From: Candidatus Latescibacterota bacterium
GTDB taxonomy: Bacteria > Latescibacterota > UBA2968 > GCA-2709665
Length of the DNA: 64,000 bases
Direction: 5' to 3'
Assembly: GCA_965248435.1 (NCBI GenBank)
Contig: OZ252100.1
Span: 576,001-640,000 of the forward strand
Position 1 is the first letter of the stretch. Every line of letters begins with the position of its first letter. The position numbers and the translations under genes were made by a program. The notes under the pieces are model-generated. The model did no database searches, was not told the DNA's origin, and saw only the letters and a list, made by a program, of their open reading frames with translations. This document shows, piece by piece, positions 54,021-62,816 of this stretch.

Positions 54021-54359
54021 ATGACGATTCAAGAATTGGCAGCAAGGTTTCCAGAGATCCCGGAAGACCTGCACGACGAACCTCAGCTCGCTCGATTTGG
54101 AGAGGCCTTTGGCGAACAGCTTCAGGTCGCGCAGAACCCGGGCGCCTGCTCTTCCGAATACTCGGCAGGCAATCATTATTATCTCAAACTGATCGGGCCG
54201 CTCAGGATCTACATGTACGGTCTGTCGAGTCGCGAAAGGGCACTCTCGCAACTCCAGGAACTGCTCGACCAGTATCAGACTGACCCGGATGGCTTTCTTG
54301 CCGGACTGGTCCCGCAGGACGCCGCCGAACAAGAGCTCAGAGGTCCGGGCTGCCAATGA
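54021..54359 (+). CDS. Hypothetical 112-aa protein with a C-terminal GPGCQ
   Basis: AGAAAGG RBS-like sequence and ATG start; co-directional with the radical SAM gene; two Cys residues. Confidence 0.75.
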   Translation: MTIQELAARFPEIPEDLHDEPQLARFGEAFGEQLQVAQNPGACSSEYSAGNHYYLKLIGPLRIYMYGLSSRERALSQLQELLDQYQTDPDGFLAGLVPQDAAEQELRGPGCQ

Positions 54360-54366
54360 CAACGAC

Positions 54367-55608
54367 TCACCGGTCTGAAATACCGATTCCGAGCATCCCA
54401 TAGGACTTCCTCAATGCGACCTCCACCCGCTCGGGCGAACCCTCCCGTGCGAAGATAAACCCGAGGTATTTCGATCCTTCGGGCAGGGGTTCGACCCGCT
54501 CGCCGATCGGGATCGTCACGGCGAGATCTTCGATCCCCGGAACCGCTCTCGCTGACTCCAGTCCCGTCACTTTTTCGAGCCGCCCCTTCGCTGGAACAGG
54601 GATCATCATCACGCCGGACGCGTCCGAACGGGACTGCACGGCGCTTTCGATCTCCAGCCCCAATGCGTGTCGAATGATCAACGTCTCCAGCGACATCCCC
54701 GCCCCGAACTTCAAGGTCCTCGAGCACAGCCCACCGATTGAACGGCCTGCGACCTCCAAGATCCACACACCCTTTGAGTTGACTCTGAGTTCCGCGTGGA
54801 CTGGTCCCTCTTCGAGGCCCAGCGCCGAAGAGGCCTCTACAGTCGCTTCCCGTATGTCCTCCTGAAGGCCGGCGTCCAGCCGGGACGGTGTAATGTAGAA
54901 GGTTTCCTCGAAGTAGGGACCTTCGAGCGGGTCTGGTTTGTCAAACAGGGCAAGGACGTGGAGCTCCCCCCGGATCAACAATCCCTCGAGCGCGACCTCG
55001 CTCCCCGGGATAAAATCTTCAACCAGGATTTCATTCGCTGGCAATTCACCTTTTCCCTTCACATCATCTCTTCGAAGAAACGCCGTGATCCGCTCAAAGG
55101 CCGACACAAAAGAACCCGGATCATCCGCTCGAATCACGCCGCGGCTGGCGCTGAGGAAGATCGGCTTCAAGACACACGGGAATCGAATCTCCTCGGCGAC
55201 TTCGTCCGGATTAGTCTCAATTGAAAAAGGCCTGAACCCAGGAGAGGGCAGGCCTTTCGCCGCGAATTTCTGTCTCATCAGAAGCTTGTTTCGCGATGCC
55301 TGAACGGAGGAAGCGGAATTGTGGCGCAACCCCAGGGCCTCGTTCGCGACGGACGCGAGCACGACCGAGTCGTCATCCACACCCAGGACTGCGTCGAGCT
55401 GATATCGTTCGGCGAACTCCAGAATCTCCTGGGCTGCTACCCCGGGTCTCGAAAAATCCAACGCGATCGTCTTCCCCGGAGTCAGGTCGGCCAGGGCCTG
55501 GCGGCGGTCGGATCCCACGACCACCTCGACTTCAAGCGCCTCCGCCGCCTTCATGAAATCGGGCGCTCGATACGTGGTTGTAGGCAGTAGGAGCAGGACG
55601 CGGCCCAT
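54367..55608 (-). CDS. ATP-grasp domain ligase
   Basis: RNKLLMRQ, PCVLKPIFLSASRGVIRAD, LVEDFIPG, GPVHAELR and LEVAGRSIGG motifs. Confidence 0.9.
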   Translation of the reverse strand: MGRVLLLLPTTTYRAPDFMKAAEALEVEVVVGSDRRQALADLTPGKTIALDFSRPGVAAQEILEFAERYQLDAVLGVDDDSVVLASVANEALGLRHNSASSVQASRNKLLMRQKFAAKGLPSPGFRPFSIETNPDEVAEEIRFPCVLKPIFLSASRGVIRADDPGSFVSAFERITAFLRRDDVKGKGELPANEILVEDFIPGSEVALEGLLIRGELHVLALFDKPDPLEGPYFEETFYITPSRLDAGLQEDIREATVEASSALGLEEGPVHAELRVNSKGVWILEVAGRSIGGLCSRTLKFGAGMSLETLIIRHALGLEIESAVQSRSDASGVMMIPVPAKGRLEKVTGLESARAVPGIEDLAVTIPIGERVEPLPEGSKYLGFIFAREGSPERVEVALRKSYGMLGIGISDR

Positions 55609-55622
55609 TGAGGTCGATCCGC

Positions 55623-55997
55623 CTATCCTCGATCAACTCCGGCCGGTTCCTCTGTCTTCTTCTTTTCCCGTTTCTCTCGAAACTCTCTGACCTTTTTGAT
55701 CACATCGGGGGCCAGTTCCAGGAGCTTTCGAAAGGACATATCACCCTCCTGAAGCGGAAGGAGCTGCGCCTTACCGTCGCGAATCACGATAAAGGCGACC
55801 GGTTCGACTGAGCCGCCTCCCCCGGTTCCGCTCCCCCGGTCCCCTCTGTTCCCCCCGGCACCAAAACCGAAGGAAATCTTGGAAACGGGAACGATCACCG
55901 TCTCCCCGACAACCATCGGTTCTCCGATCACGGTTTCCGTCTTAACGATCTGCCGAAACTCCTGCATCATCGTCTTGATCAAGTCCTCGACCGACAT
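55623..55997 (-). CDS. YtfJ/GerW family protein
   Basis: ETVIGEP, IVPVSKISFGFGAGG and GGGGSVEPVAFIVI motifs. Confidence 0.88.
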   Translation of the reverse strand: MSVEDLIKTMMQEFRQIVKTETVIGEPMVVGETVIVPVSKISFGFGAGGNRGDRGSGTGGGGSVEPVAFIVIRDGKAQLLPLQEGDMSFRKLLELAPDVIKKVREFREKREKKKTEEPAGVDRG

Positions 55998-56019
55998 GCC
56001 ACCTCCTTCTTAACGGCTG

Positions 56020-56718
56020 TCAATTCGTTCTGCCGATCCTTTTATGTCTCCATCGATTCCAGTAGTAGGATAAGCCGACCCCGCCCGCTTGACAAGCCAG
56101 ACAGGCCACTGCCCACAAGATTCTGTGCAAATAAACGGCCAGCTCCACTTCGGCTTCCCCTTCCAGCCGTTCCTGATCGAAATCGGGGGCCAGAGCCAAA
56201 TCTACTCCGGGTCCCGTCGCGCCTGAGATCGCCAACGAGTAGCCGAATACTTGACCCGTGGTGACCGGATCTGAAGCCCCGAACACGACATCACACGACA
56301 GCCTGCGGACTCGAAATCCGCCGATCAGGCGCATCAGGAACCGCAAGACAGATCTTCTGAGTCTCTTGAAAAAGTACCAAATCGGACCCGCGGCGAACAG
56401 CCTCTGTTTCAGACCGGGTGTCTCCTGCTCTGGCTCGATCTCGGCCGGTTCAGCGGTTTCAACGGGCTCAACCGGCTCGGGAACCGGCTTCTTTCCACGC
56501 TTCAGATGGAAATTCCAGGGCGCCCAACGCCAAACCATCGGGCCCAAACGTAGTCTCTTCTCCTCATAGATGACCTGGATTCCGCAGAGTCCGTTCCACG
56601 GCCGCACCCATCCTCGAAGCAGACCGGCCTCCGGTGAGTATTGCCCCCATCCTCCCAAGCGGACCGGGAGGAAGAGCAGCAGGAGAATCGCGATAAAGAG
56701 GAGAAGAATCACTGTCAC
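56020..56718 (-). CDS. DUF2953 (YtfI-like) membrane protein
   Basis: N-terminal TM helix, FGASDPVTTG and PDF motifs; adjacent to the ytfJ-like gene. Confidence 0.7.
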   Translation of the reverse strand: MTVILLLFIAILLLLFLPVRLGGWGQYSPEAGLLRGWVRPWNGLCGIQVIYEEKRLRLGPMVWRWAPWNFHLKRGKKPVPEPVEPVETAEPAEIEPEQETPGLKQRLFAAGPIWYFFKRLRRSVLRFLMRLIGGFRVRRLSCDVVFGASDPVTTGQVFGYSLAISGATGPGVDLALAPDFDQERLEGEAEVELAVYLHRILWAVACLACQAGGVGLSYYWNRWRHKRIGRTN

Positions 56719-56811
56719 GCGGCCAACTCCTTATTTGGCTCTCGGTTGCGCAACAATACAGAAAAGACGCGAACAAAGTCAAGCCTTTTCTATGTTTGGA
56801 ACCAGGCTTTC

Positions 56812-56840
56812 TTGACTTGACTAACACTTTGATTTAATAT
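56812..56840 (+). promoter_or_regulatory. Putative sigma70 promoter for the phosphoglucomutase gene
   Basis: TTGACT-N17-TAATAT. A divergent TTGACT-N18-TATTGT lies on the minus strand at about 56753-56782. Confidence 0.5.
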
Positions 56841-56877
56841 GTGGATGGCTTGATTTCAGCTCCCAGGAGATAGGCAC

Positions 56878-58716
56878 ATGCTCAGGCAGGTTGACACCTG
56901 GATCAGCAGCGGAAGGCTCTCCAGTGAAGCAGGCGTAGAACTCGAGCGCTGGTTGTCCGAATCGAAGTTTGGGGAATTCCAGCCGGAAATCGCTTCTCTG
57001 ATCGACTTAAAGGACCTGCAAGAGCTCGAGGACGCCTTTCGCAAACGCATCGAGTTTGGCACGGGTGGGATTCGTGGGAAGATGGGCCCTGGACCCAACC
57101 GAATCAACCTCCGCACCGTGGGTGAGGCCGCACAGGGCCTGGCGCAATACGTCATCAACACGCTGGGCAAGGACGGAGCCGAGCGAGGGATTGTGATCGC
57201 CTGCGACACGAGGAAAAATTCCGAACGGTTTGCCCGCGAGGCGGCATCCATATTCGCCGCAAACGGCATCCAATCACTCTTGTTTGACGGGTTTCGCTCG
57301 ACGCCCGAGCTTTCATTTGCCGTCAGGGCAAAGGAGGCTGCTGCCGGTGTGGTCATCAGCGCCAGCCACAATCCGCCATCCGACAATGGCTTCAAGGCCT
57401 ATGGATCGGACGGCGGCCAGGTGGTTCCCCCCCAGGACCGAGAGATCATCTCCGAGGTGAATGCCGTAACCGAAATCAAGAGGCTCGACTTCGACCTGGG
57501 TGTTGAACGCGGCCTGATCGAAACGGTAGGCAGCGAGATTGACTCGGAATACCTCCACAAATCAGTGACGACCTTCGCGGATACACGTGCCGTCAGGATC
57601 GTCTACACTCCTCTACACGGTGTCGGTATGACATCGGTGGCCCCGGCCCTTCGCAACCTCGGTTTCCAGGACCTTCATCTCGTTGCAGAGCAAACTGAAC
57701 CGGATGGAAACTTTCCGACGGTCCGCAATGGTATCGCCAATCCCGAGGACCCCCACGCACTCACGCTCGCGATCCAGAAGGCGTTGGAGGTCGATGCCGA
57801 TATCGTCCTGGCGAGCGATCCGGACGCCGACCGGCTTGGGTGTGCGCTGCCCGATCCCGACAGAGGATGGAACGCCCCGCCCGAAGACCTTTCTCTGAAC
57901 GGCAACCAGATCGGCGTGATCCTGTGCCGGTATATACTCGGTCAGAGAAAGAAACTCGGATCACTACCTCAAAAAGGCGTCGTCGCCAAGACGATCGTCA
58001 CCACAGACCTCATCGCCCTCATCGCGCGCGCCTTCGGCGTCCGCGTCGTCGACAATCTTCTCATCGGCTTCAAATACATCGGTGATGTAATCAAGACGCT
58101 CCCTCCCGAGACCGAATTCATCTACGGCGCGGAAGAGAGCCACGGCTATCTGGCAGGATCTTCGGTCAGGGACAAGGACGCTGCATCAGCCGCCATCCTT
58201 CTAGCCGAATGCGCAGCGAATCTCAAAGAACAGGACCGCTCGCTTCGCGCCTATCTCGACGAGATCTACGCGGAATATGGTTACTTTCAGGAAGTTCAGA
58301 AATCGGTCGATCGAGTGGGGGCAAGGGGAAGTCGCGAAATCGACCGCATCATGGCAGCCCTGCGAACAGACCCACCCGAACAGATCGGAGGATATCCGGT
58401 CTTTGAGATCATCGACCGGAAAATCGGCAAAGCCGCAAATTCCAAAGCTGGATCGGTTAGGGACGTGGCTGGGGCAAAAGGGGACGTCATCGCCTTTACG
58501 TTTTCCAATCCAGGACACTCAAGGATCTCGGCCCGGCCATCAGGCACCGAGCCCAAGATCAAATACTACGTCTCCGTCACGTCAGCGGACCAACCCAAGA
58601 CTTCGGGCGGGAGTCTGAACGAGGTGAAAGCCAAGCTCGACGAGATGGCTGCCGACATTATGGAGGGGATGCTCGCCCTGTCAGAACAAATCCTTCAAGA
58701 GGAGCCGAGCGCCTAG
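56878..58716 (+). CDS. Phosphoglucomutase/phosphomannomutase
   Basis: FGTGGIRG, ISASHNP (phospho-Ser), DPDADR, EESHG and RPSGTEPKIKYY motifs. Confidence 0.95.
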   Translation: MLRQVDTWISSGRLSSEAGVELERWLSESKFGEFQPEIASLIDLKDLQELEDAFRKRIEFGTGGIRGKMGPGPNRINLRTVGEAAQGLAQYVINTLGKDGAERGIVIACDTRKNSERFAREAASIFAANGIQSLLFDGFRSTPELSFAVRAKEAAAGVVISASHNPPSDNGFKAYGSDGGQVVPPQDREIISEVNAVTEIKRLDFDLGVERGLIETVGSEIDSEYLHKSVTTFADTRAVRIVYTPLHGVGMTSVAPALRNLGFQDLHLVAEQTEPDGNFPTVRNGIANPEDPHALTLAIQKALEVDADIVLASDPDADRLGCALPDPDRGWNAPPEDLSLNGNQIGVILCRYILGQRKKLGSLPQKGVVAKTIVTTDLIALIARAFGVRVVDNLLIGFKYIGDVIKTLPPETEFIYGAEESHGYLAGSSVRDKDAASAAILLAECAANLKEQDRSLRAYLDEIYAEYGYFQEVQKSVDRVGARGSREIDRIMAALRTDPPEQIGGYPVFEIIDRKIGKAANSKAGSVRDVAGAKGDVIAFTFSNPGHSRISARPSGTEPKIKYYVSVTSADQPKTSGGSLNEVKAKLDEMAADIMEGMLALSEQILQEEPSA

Positions 58717-58748
58717 GAACCGTGTTCGTCGGAGCGACAGCAAATCGA

Positions 58749-60464
58749 ATGGAAAACAAACCCTTGGGCATCAATCGAAATCTTGCCTCCTACGGCGACA
58801 CCGAGTTCAGCAAATACATCCGGCGCGCCTTCCTGGCCTCCGCCGGGTTCGACGAGACAGATCTGGATCGACCTGTCGTTGGGATCGCGAATACTGCCTC
58901 CGACTACAATACGTGTCACCGGCAGATGCCCGAACTGATCGAGGCCGCTAAACGGGGTGTGTTGGAGGCCGGAGGGCTCCCCTTCGTTTTCCCGACCATC
59001 TCCCTCCACGAAATCCTCTTCTCTCCAACGACCATGATCTACCGGAACCTCCTCGCCATGGAGACCGAAGAGATGATCAGGGCACAGCCAATGGACGCCG
59101 TCCTCCTCCTCGGGGGATGCGACAAAACGGTCCCCGCCCAGCTCATGGCCGCGGTCTCTGCGAACATCCCGGCCATCCTCGTCGTGACGGGACCAATGAG
59201 GTCTGGAAGTTGGCGCGGCGAGCCGCTCGGGGCGTGTACAGACTGCCGCCGATACTGGGGCCAATACCGAGCCGGTGAGATCGAAGCTTCCGACATCCGG
59301 GAACTCGAGCAGGCGCTCTGCCCGACGGGTGGGACGTGCATGGTCATGGGCTCGGCCTCATCCATTGCGTGTACGACAGAGGCTCTGGGCATGATGCTCT
59401 CCGGCGGGGCGACACCGCCGTCGGGCACCGGGGACCGCCTGCGGAACGCCTCGGCCTCGGGGCGATGCGCGGTCGACCTCGCGCGGAAGGGCCACAAACC
59501 CTCGGACATCCTGCAGAGGGCTTCCTTTATCAATGCGCTTACGCTCCTCGTGGCACTCGGCGGGTCTACAAACACGATCATCCACCTCCAGGCCATCGCG
59601 CGACGCGCCGGAGTGACCCTGTCTCTGGAAGACCTCGACGAAGTTTCCAGACGTGTCCCGTTGCTCGTCGACTGCAAACCGACCGGAGAAGGATACGTTG
59701 AGACTCTTCACCACGCGGGAGGCGTCCCGGCCGTCCTGAAGACGCTCGAGCCTTTCCTCGATCTCTCGACCCGTACCCTCTCCGGGCAGACCACTGGGGA
59801 AATCCTCGAAACCGTTTCCCCACCCGGGGACTGGCAGCAGACGATAAGGTCACTCGAAGATCCCCTGGGCCCAACCGGCTCACTTGCGGTCCTCCACGGT
59901 TCCCTCGCTCCTGACGGCGCCGTGATCAAGACCGCCTCGGCCAGCGCCTCGCTCGTAGAGCACCGCGGGCCGGCCGTCGTGTTCGAATCGCCCGAAGATG
60001 CGATTACACGAATCGACGACCCCGGACTCAACCTCACCCCGGAGCACGTCCTCATTCTCCGAAACGCCGGACCCGTAGGCGCCGGCATGCCGGAGGCCGG
60101 CTCTTTGCCCATCCCGAAACCGCTTGCTGAGTCAGGGGTCAAGGACATGGTGCGGGTCTCAGACGCCCGGATGAGCGGGACGGCGTATGGGACAGTGGTC
60201 CTACATTGCTCACCGGAGGCGGCTACGGGGGGACCGCTTGCACTGGTTCGAGACGGGGATCTGGTTGAGTTGAACGTCTCGGAGCGCCGAATCGATCTGC
60301 TTGTGAATGGAGAGGAACTGGCGCGTCGGCGCGAATCGTTCACTCCCCGCCCACTCCCCCACCGGGGCTGGCGCCGCCTCTACGCAGAGCACGTGCTCCC
60401 CGCGCACCTCGGAGCCGATCTGGATTTCCTTGCAGAGCCGTCGAAGGACTCCGAACACCCCTAA
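58749..60464 (+). CDS. IlvD/Edd-family dehydratase (dihydroxy-acid or sugar-acid dehydratase)
   Basis: YNTCH, GGCDKTVPAQLM, GGSTN and SDARMSGT motifs. Confidence 0.9.
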   Translation: MENKPLGINRNLASYGDTEFSKYIRRAFLASAGFDETDLDRPVVGIANTASDYNTCHRQMPELIEAAKRGVLEAGGLPFVFPTISLHEILFSPTTMIYRNLLAMETEEMIRAQPMDAVLLLGGCDKTVPAQLMAAVSANIPAILVVTGPMRSGSWRGEPLGACTDCRRYWGQYRAGEIEASDIRELEQALCPTGGTCMVMGSASSIACTTEALGMMLSGGATPPSGTGDRLRNASASGRCAVDLARKGHKPSDILQRASFINALTLLVALGGSTNTIIHLQAIARRAGVTLSLEDLDEVSRRVPLLVDCKPTGEGYVETLHHAGGVPAVLKTLEPFLDLSTRTLSGQTTGEILETVSPPGDWQQTIRSLEDPLGPTGSLAVLHGSLAPDGAVIKTASASASLVEHRGPAVVFESPEDAITRIDDPGLNLTPEHVLILRNAGPVGAGMPEAGSLPIPKPLAESGVKDMVRVSDARMSGTAYGTVVLHCSPEAATGGPLALVRDGDLVELNVSERRIDLLVNGEELARRRESFTPRPLPHRGWRRLYAEHVLPAHLGADLDFLAEPSKDSEHP

Positions 60465-60486
60465 TCCTATTTGAGGCCGTCAACAG

Positions 60487-62796
60487 GTGCCCAGAGAACC
60501 GAAAAGGAAGTCATCAAAGGCCAAAGAGGCCAATCTCGATCAGATCCACGAAGAGATTGACAAGTTTCTGGAAAACGGCCTGGACGAAACGACGGCTTCC
60601 CGGACGCGGGGGATGCAAGTGGGTCCCTTAAGGCAGGCCGCGCCGTCGAAGGAAGCGGAAACCGCCCCGGAAGATGACGTGCCTGAGTCGCAGTCCGACG
60701 AAGCGAAGGTGGCCAAAAGCAAAGCAGAAGGTCCGGAACTGGCCCTGGACATCTCAGAGGACGGCCTTCAGGCGATCGTGCGCATCATCTACCCGACCAC
60801 AACGGAAGAGGACATCCTGGAGCTCATGAAGGCGAACGGCGTCACTGCCGAGATGTCGAAAAACGCCGTCAAAAAGGCCCTGGAAACGTCTGGAGACTCG
60901 AACCAGCCCGTACGGGATACGTTGGTCGCGGAGGGAGAACCCCCAAAACCTCCGGGCAAACCCAGCCTCAGTCATCGCCCCCCGGAGGGGGTGGACTCAC
61001 TGCCCGGTCTCGACGCCGTCGGTGCTCTGCTTAAGTCCGAGGACCCCGACGGGATCCCGGAAGTCGCAGCCTCTCTTGAGGCACTCACAGTCCACCCCGG
61101 GGACCCGCTCGCCACGCTTGAGCTTGAAGAAGGAGAACCGGGCTCGAACGTCAAGGGAGAGCCGATCCCGCCCCCGACTACCGACAAAGCCAGCATGGAT
61201 GACAGCCTCAAGCCCGGAAAGGGCGTGGATGTCGCGGAGAACGGCGTCGACTACCATGCTCAGATCTATGGTTACGCAGGCCTGCTGGCCGGCCAGGTCT
61301 CCGTCCTGACGCCTATCCGGATCTCACCCGACGGGAGTGAGGCCTCACTCCTCAACCTCGCCCAGGTGGCCGATCTCCCGCCTCCCGGTCCAGATGAACT
61401 CATAGCGGCGCTTTCCGCTGCCGGTGTGACCGTCGGCGTGGACGACAAGGCCGTGGAAGCGGCGTGCAGTGGGCTTGTAAAGGGAGATCTGAAGGACCCC
61501 CTGATCCCTCTTGCGCGCGGTATATCCCCTGTACCGCCCAAAGATGCGGGCGTGGAGTTCATGTTCGACTTTGAAGAACAGATCGGTCGTATCCTGCCCG
61601 ACGGTTCCATCGACTTCAGAGAGCGCAACCTCTTCCCGACGGTCACGGAGGGCGCCCTTCTGGCGGAAGGGACCGCGCCGGAACCCGGAACGCCTGGCCA
61701 GACGGTAAAAGGGAAGGAAGTTGAGGTCCCGACACCGGTCGGTATCGAATTCGTCGCGGGAGAGAACGTCCGCTTGGAGGAAACAGGACAGATCCAGAAG
61801 GTCTATTCAGAGATCGAAGGTGGGGCGAGCGTCCAGGTTACAGAGGTGACCTCCCAGGCAGGCAGCCTCAAACGCTACAACATCTCTGTTCGCCCGGTCG
61901 CGCAGATATCGGGTGACGTCGATTACGAAACGGGAAATGTCGACTTCAAGGGGAACGTGGAGATCAAGGGATCCATCGACAGTGGATTCAGCGTCGTGGC
62001 GACTGGAGATGTCGTAGTCTCTGGGAGCGTAGAGCCGGGCGCGAAGGTGGATGCGGGCGGAAACTTTACGGTCAAGCAGGGAATCGTCGGTGAAGAGACG
62101 TTGATCAAGTCTGCCACCACAGTAACGGCCAAGTTCGTCCAGGACGCCACAATCGAGGCCGGAGCCGACGTCGTCGTAGGAAGCTATATCCACAACGCCC
62201 ACATCCGGGCAGGCGGGCAGGTGAAGATGGAGGGCAAGGGCGGTTCCGGGGGCAGCATTGTCGGGGGGGAAACCTGGGCGACAGGCGGTATCATATCACG
62301 ATCTGTCGGTTCGGTAAGAAGCACGACGACCTCGTTGACGATTGGCCTCGACCCGGATGTGGCCAAGAAACTCGGAGCGCTTTCCGAGGCCGTCCGACGC
62401 GCCTCCGCTCTGCTCCAGAAGCTGCTCACAGCGCTCGGCCTCTCGACGCTGGAGGCCGAGGAAGTCAAGAAGCTGATCGCCGCTAATCCGCAGCGGCAGA
62501 AACAGATAATGGAGTACATCCAGAAGGCAAACGAGCTGGCAAAGGTGGAGGAAAAGCGGCTTCAGGAACAGGAGGAACTCCGAGTGCAGGTGACCGAGGG
62601 GGCTAAGAAGGCCACGCTAGACGTGAAGGAAGTTGCATTTGCCCGAACCCGACTCAGAATTGGAGATGCCGAAACCGCACTGCACGAGGACCTGAAGGGC
62701 GTCCGTTTTGGAATGAATCCTGAAGGGATTATCGTCCCGAAAGACCTTTCAGAGTCCTCGGACAAGGATTCTGCTCAAGAAGGTGCTGAAGAATGA
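60487..62796 (+). CDS. FapA / DUF342 family protein with a duplicated N-terminal module
   Basis: DGSIDFRE, GDVDYETGNVDFKGNV and beta-helix segments; C-terminal coiled coil. Confidence 0.85.
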   Translation: MPREPKRKSSKAKEANLDQIHEEIDKFLENGLDETTASRTRGMQVGPLRQAAPSKEAETAPEDDVPESQSDEAKVAKSKAEGPELALDISEDGLQAIVRIIYPTTTEEDILELMKANGVTAEMSKNAVKKALETSGDSNQPVRDTLVAEGEPPKPPGKPSLSHRPPEGVDSLPGLDAVGALLKSEDPDGIPEVAASLEALTVHPGDPLATLELEEGEPGSNVKGEPIPPPTTDKASMDDSLKPGKGVDVAENGVDYHAQIYGYAGLLAGQVSVLTPIRISPDGSEASLLNLAQVADLPPPGPDELIAALSAAGVTVGVDDKAVEAACSGLVKGDLKDPLIPLARGISPVPPKDAGVEFMFDFEEQIGRILPDGSIDFRERNLFPTVTEGALLAEGTAPEPGTPGQTVKGKEVEVPTPVGIEFVAGENVRLEETGQIQKVYSEIEGGASVQVTEVTSQAGSLKRYNISVRPVAQISGDVDYETGNVDFKGNVEIKGSIDSGFSVVATGDVVVSGSVEPGAKVDAGGNFTVKQGIVGEETLIKSATTVTAKFVQDATIEAGADVVVGSYIHNAHIRAGGQVKMEGKGGSGGSIVGGETWATGGIISRSVGSVRSTTTSLTIGLDPDVAKKLGALSEAVRRASALLQKLLTALGLSTLEAEEVKKLIAANPQRQKQIMEYIQKANELAKVEEKRLQEQEELRVQVTEGAKKATLDVKEVAFARTRLRIGDAETALHEDLKGVRFGMNPEGIIVPKDLSESSDKDSAQEGAEE

Positions 62797-62816
62797 AAAC
62801 AGGTGAGACCAATCCC

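Noticed and set aside
54357-54400. Second selenocysteine at the TGA ending the 112-aa protein (GCQ-TGA)
   Set aside because: Only a weak 4-bp hairpin follows, and readthrough would run antisense deep into the ATP-grasp gene. Treated as a true stop.
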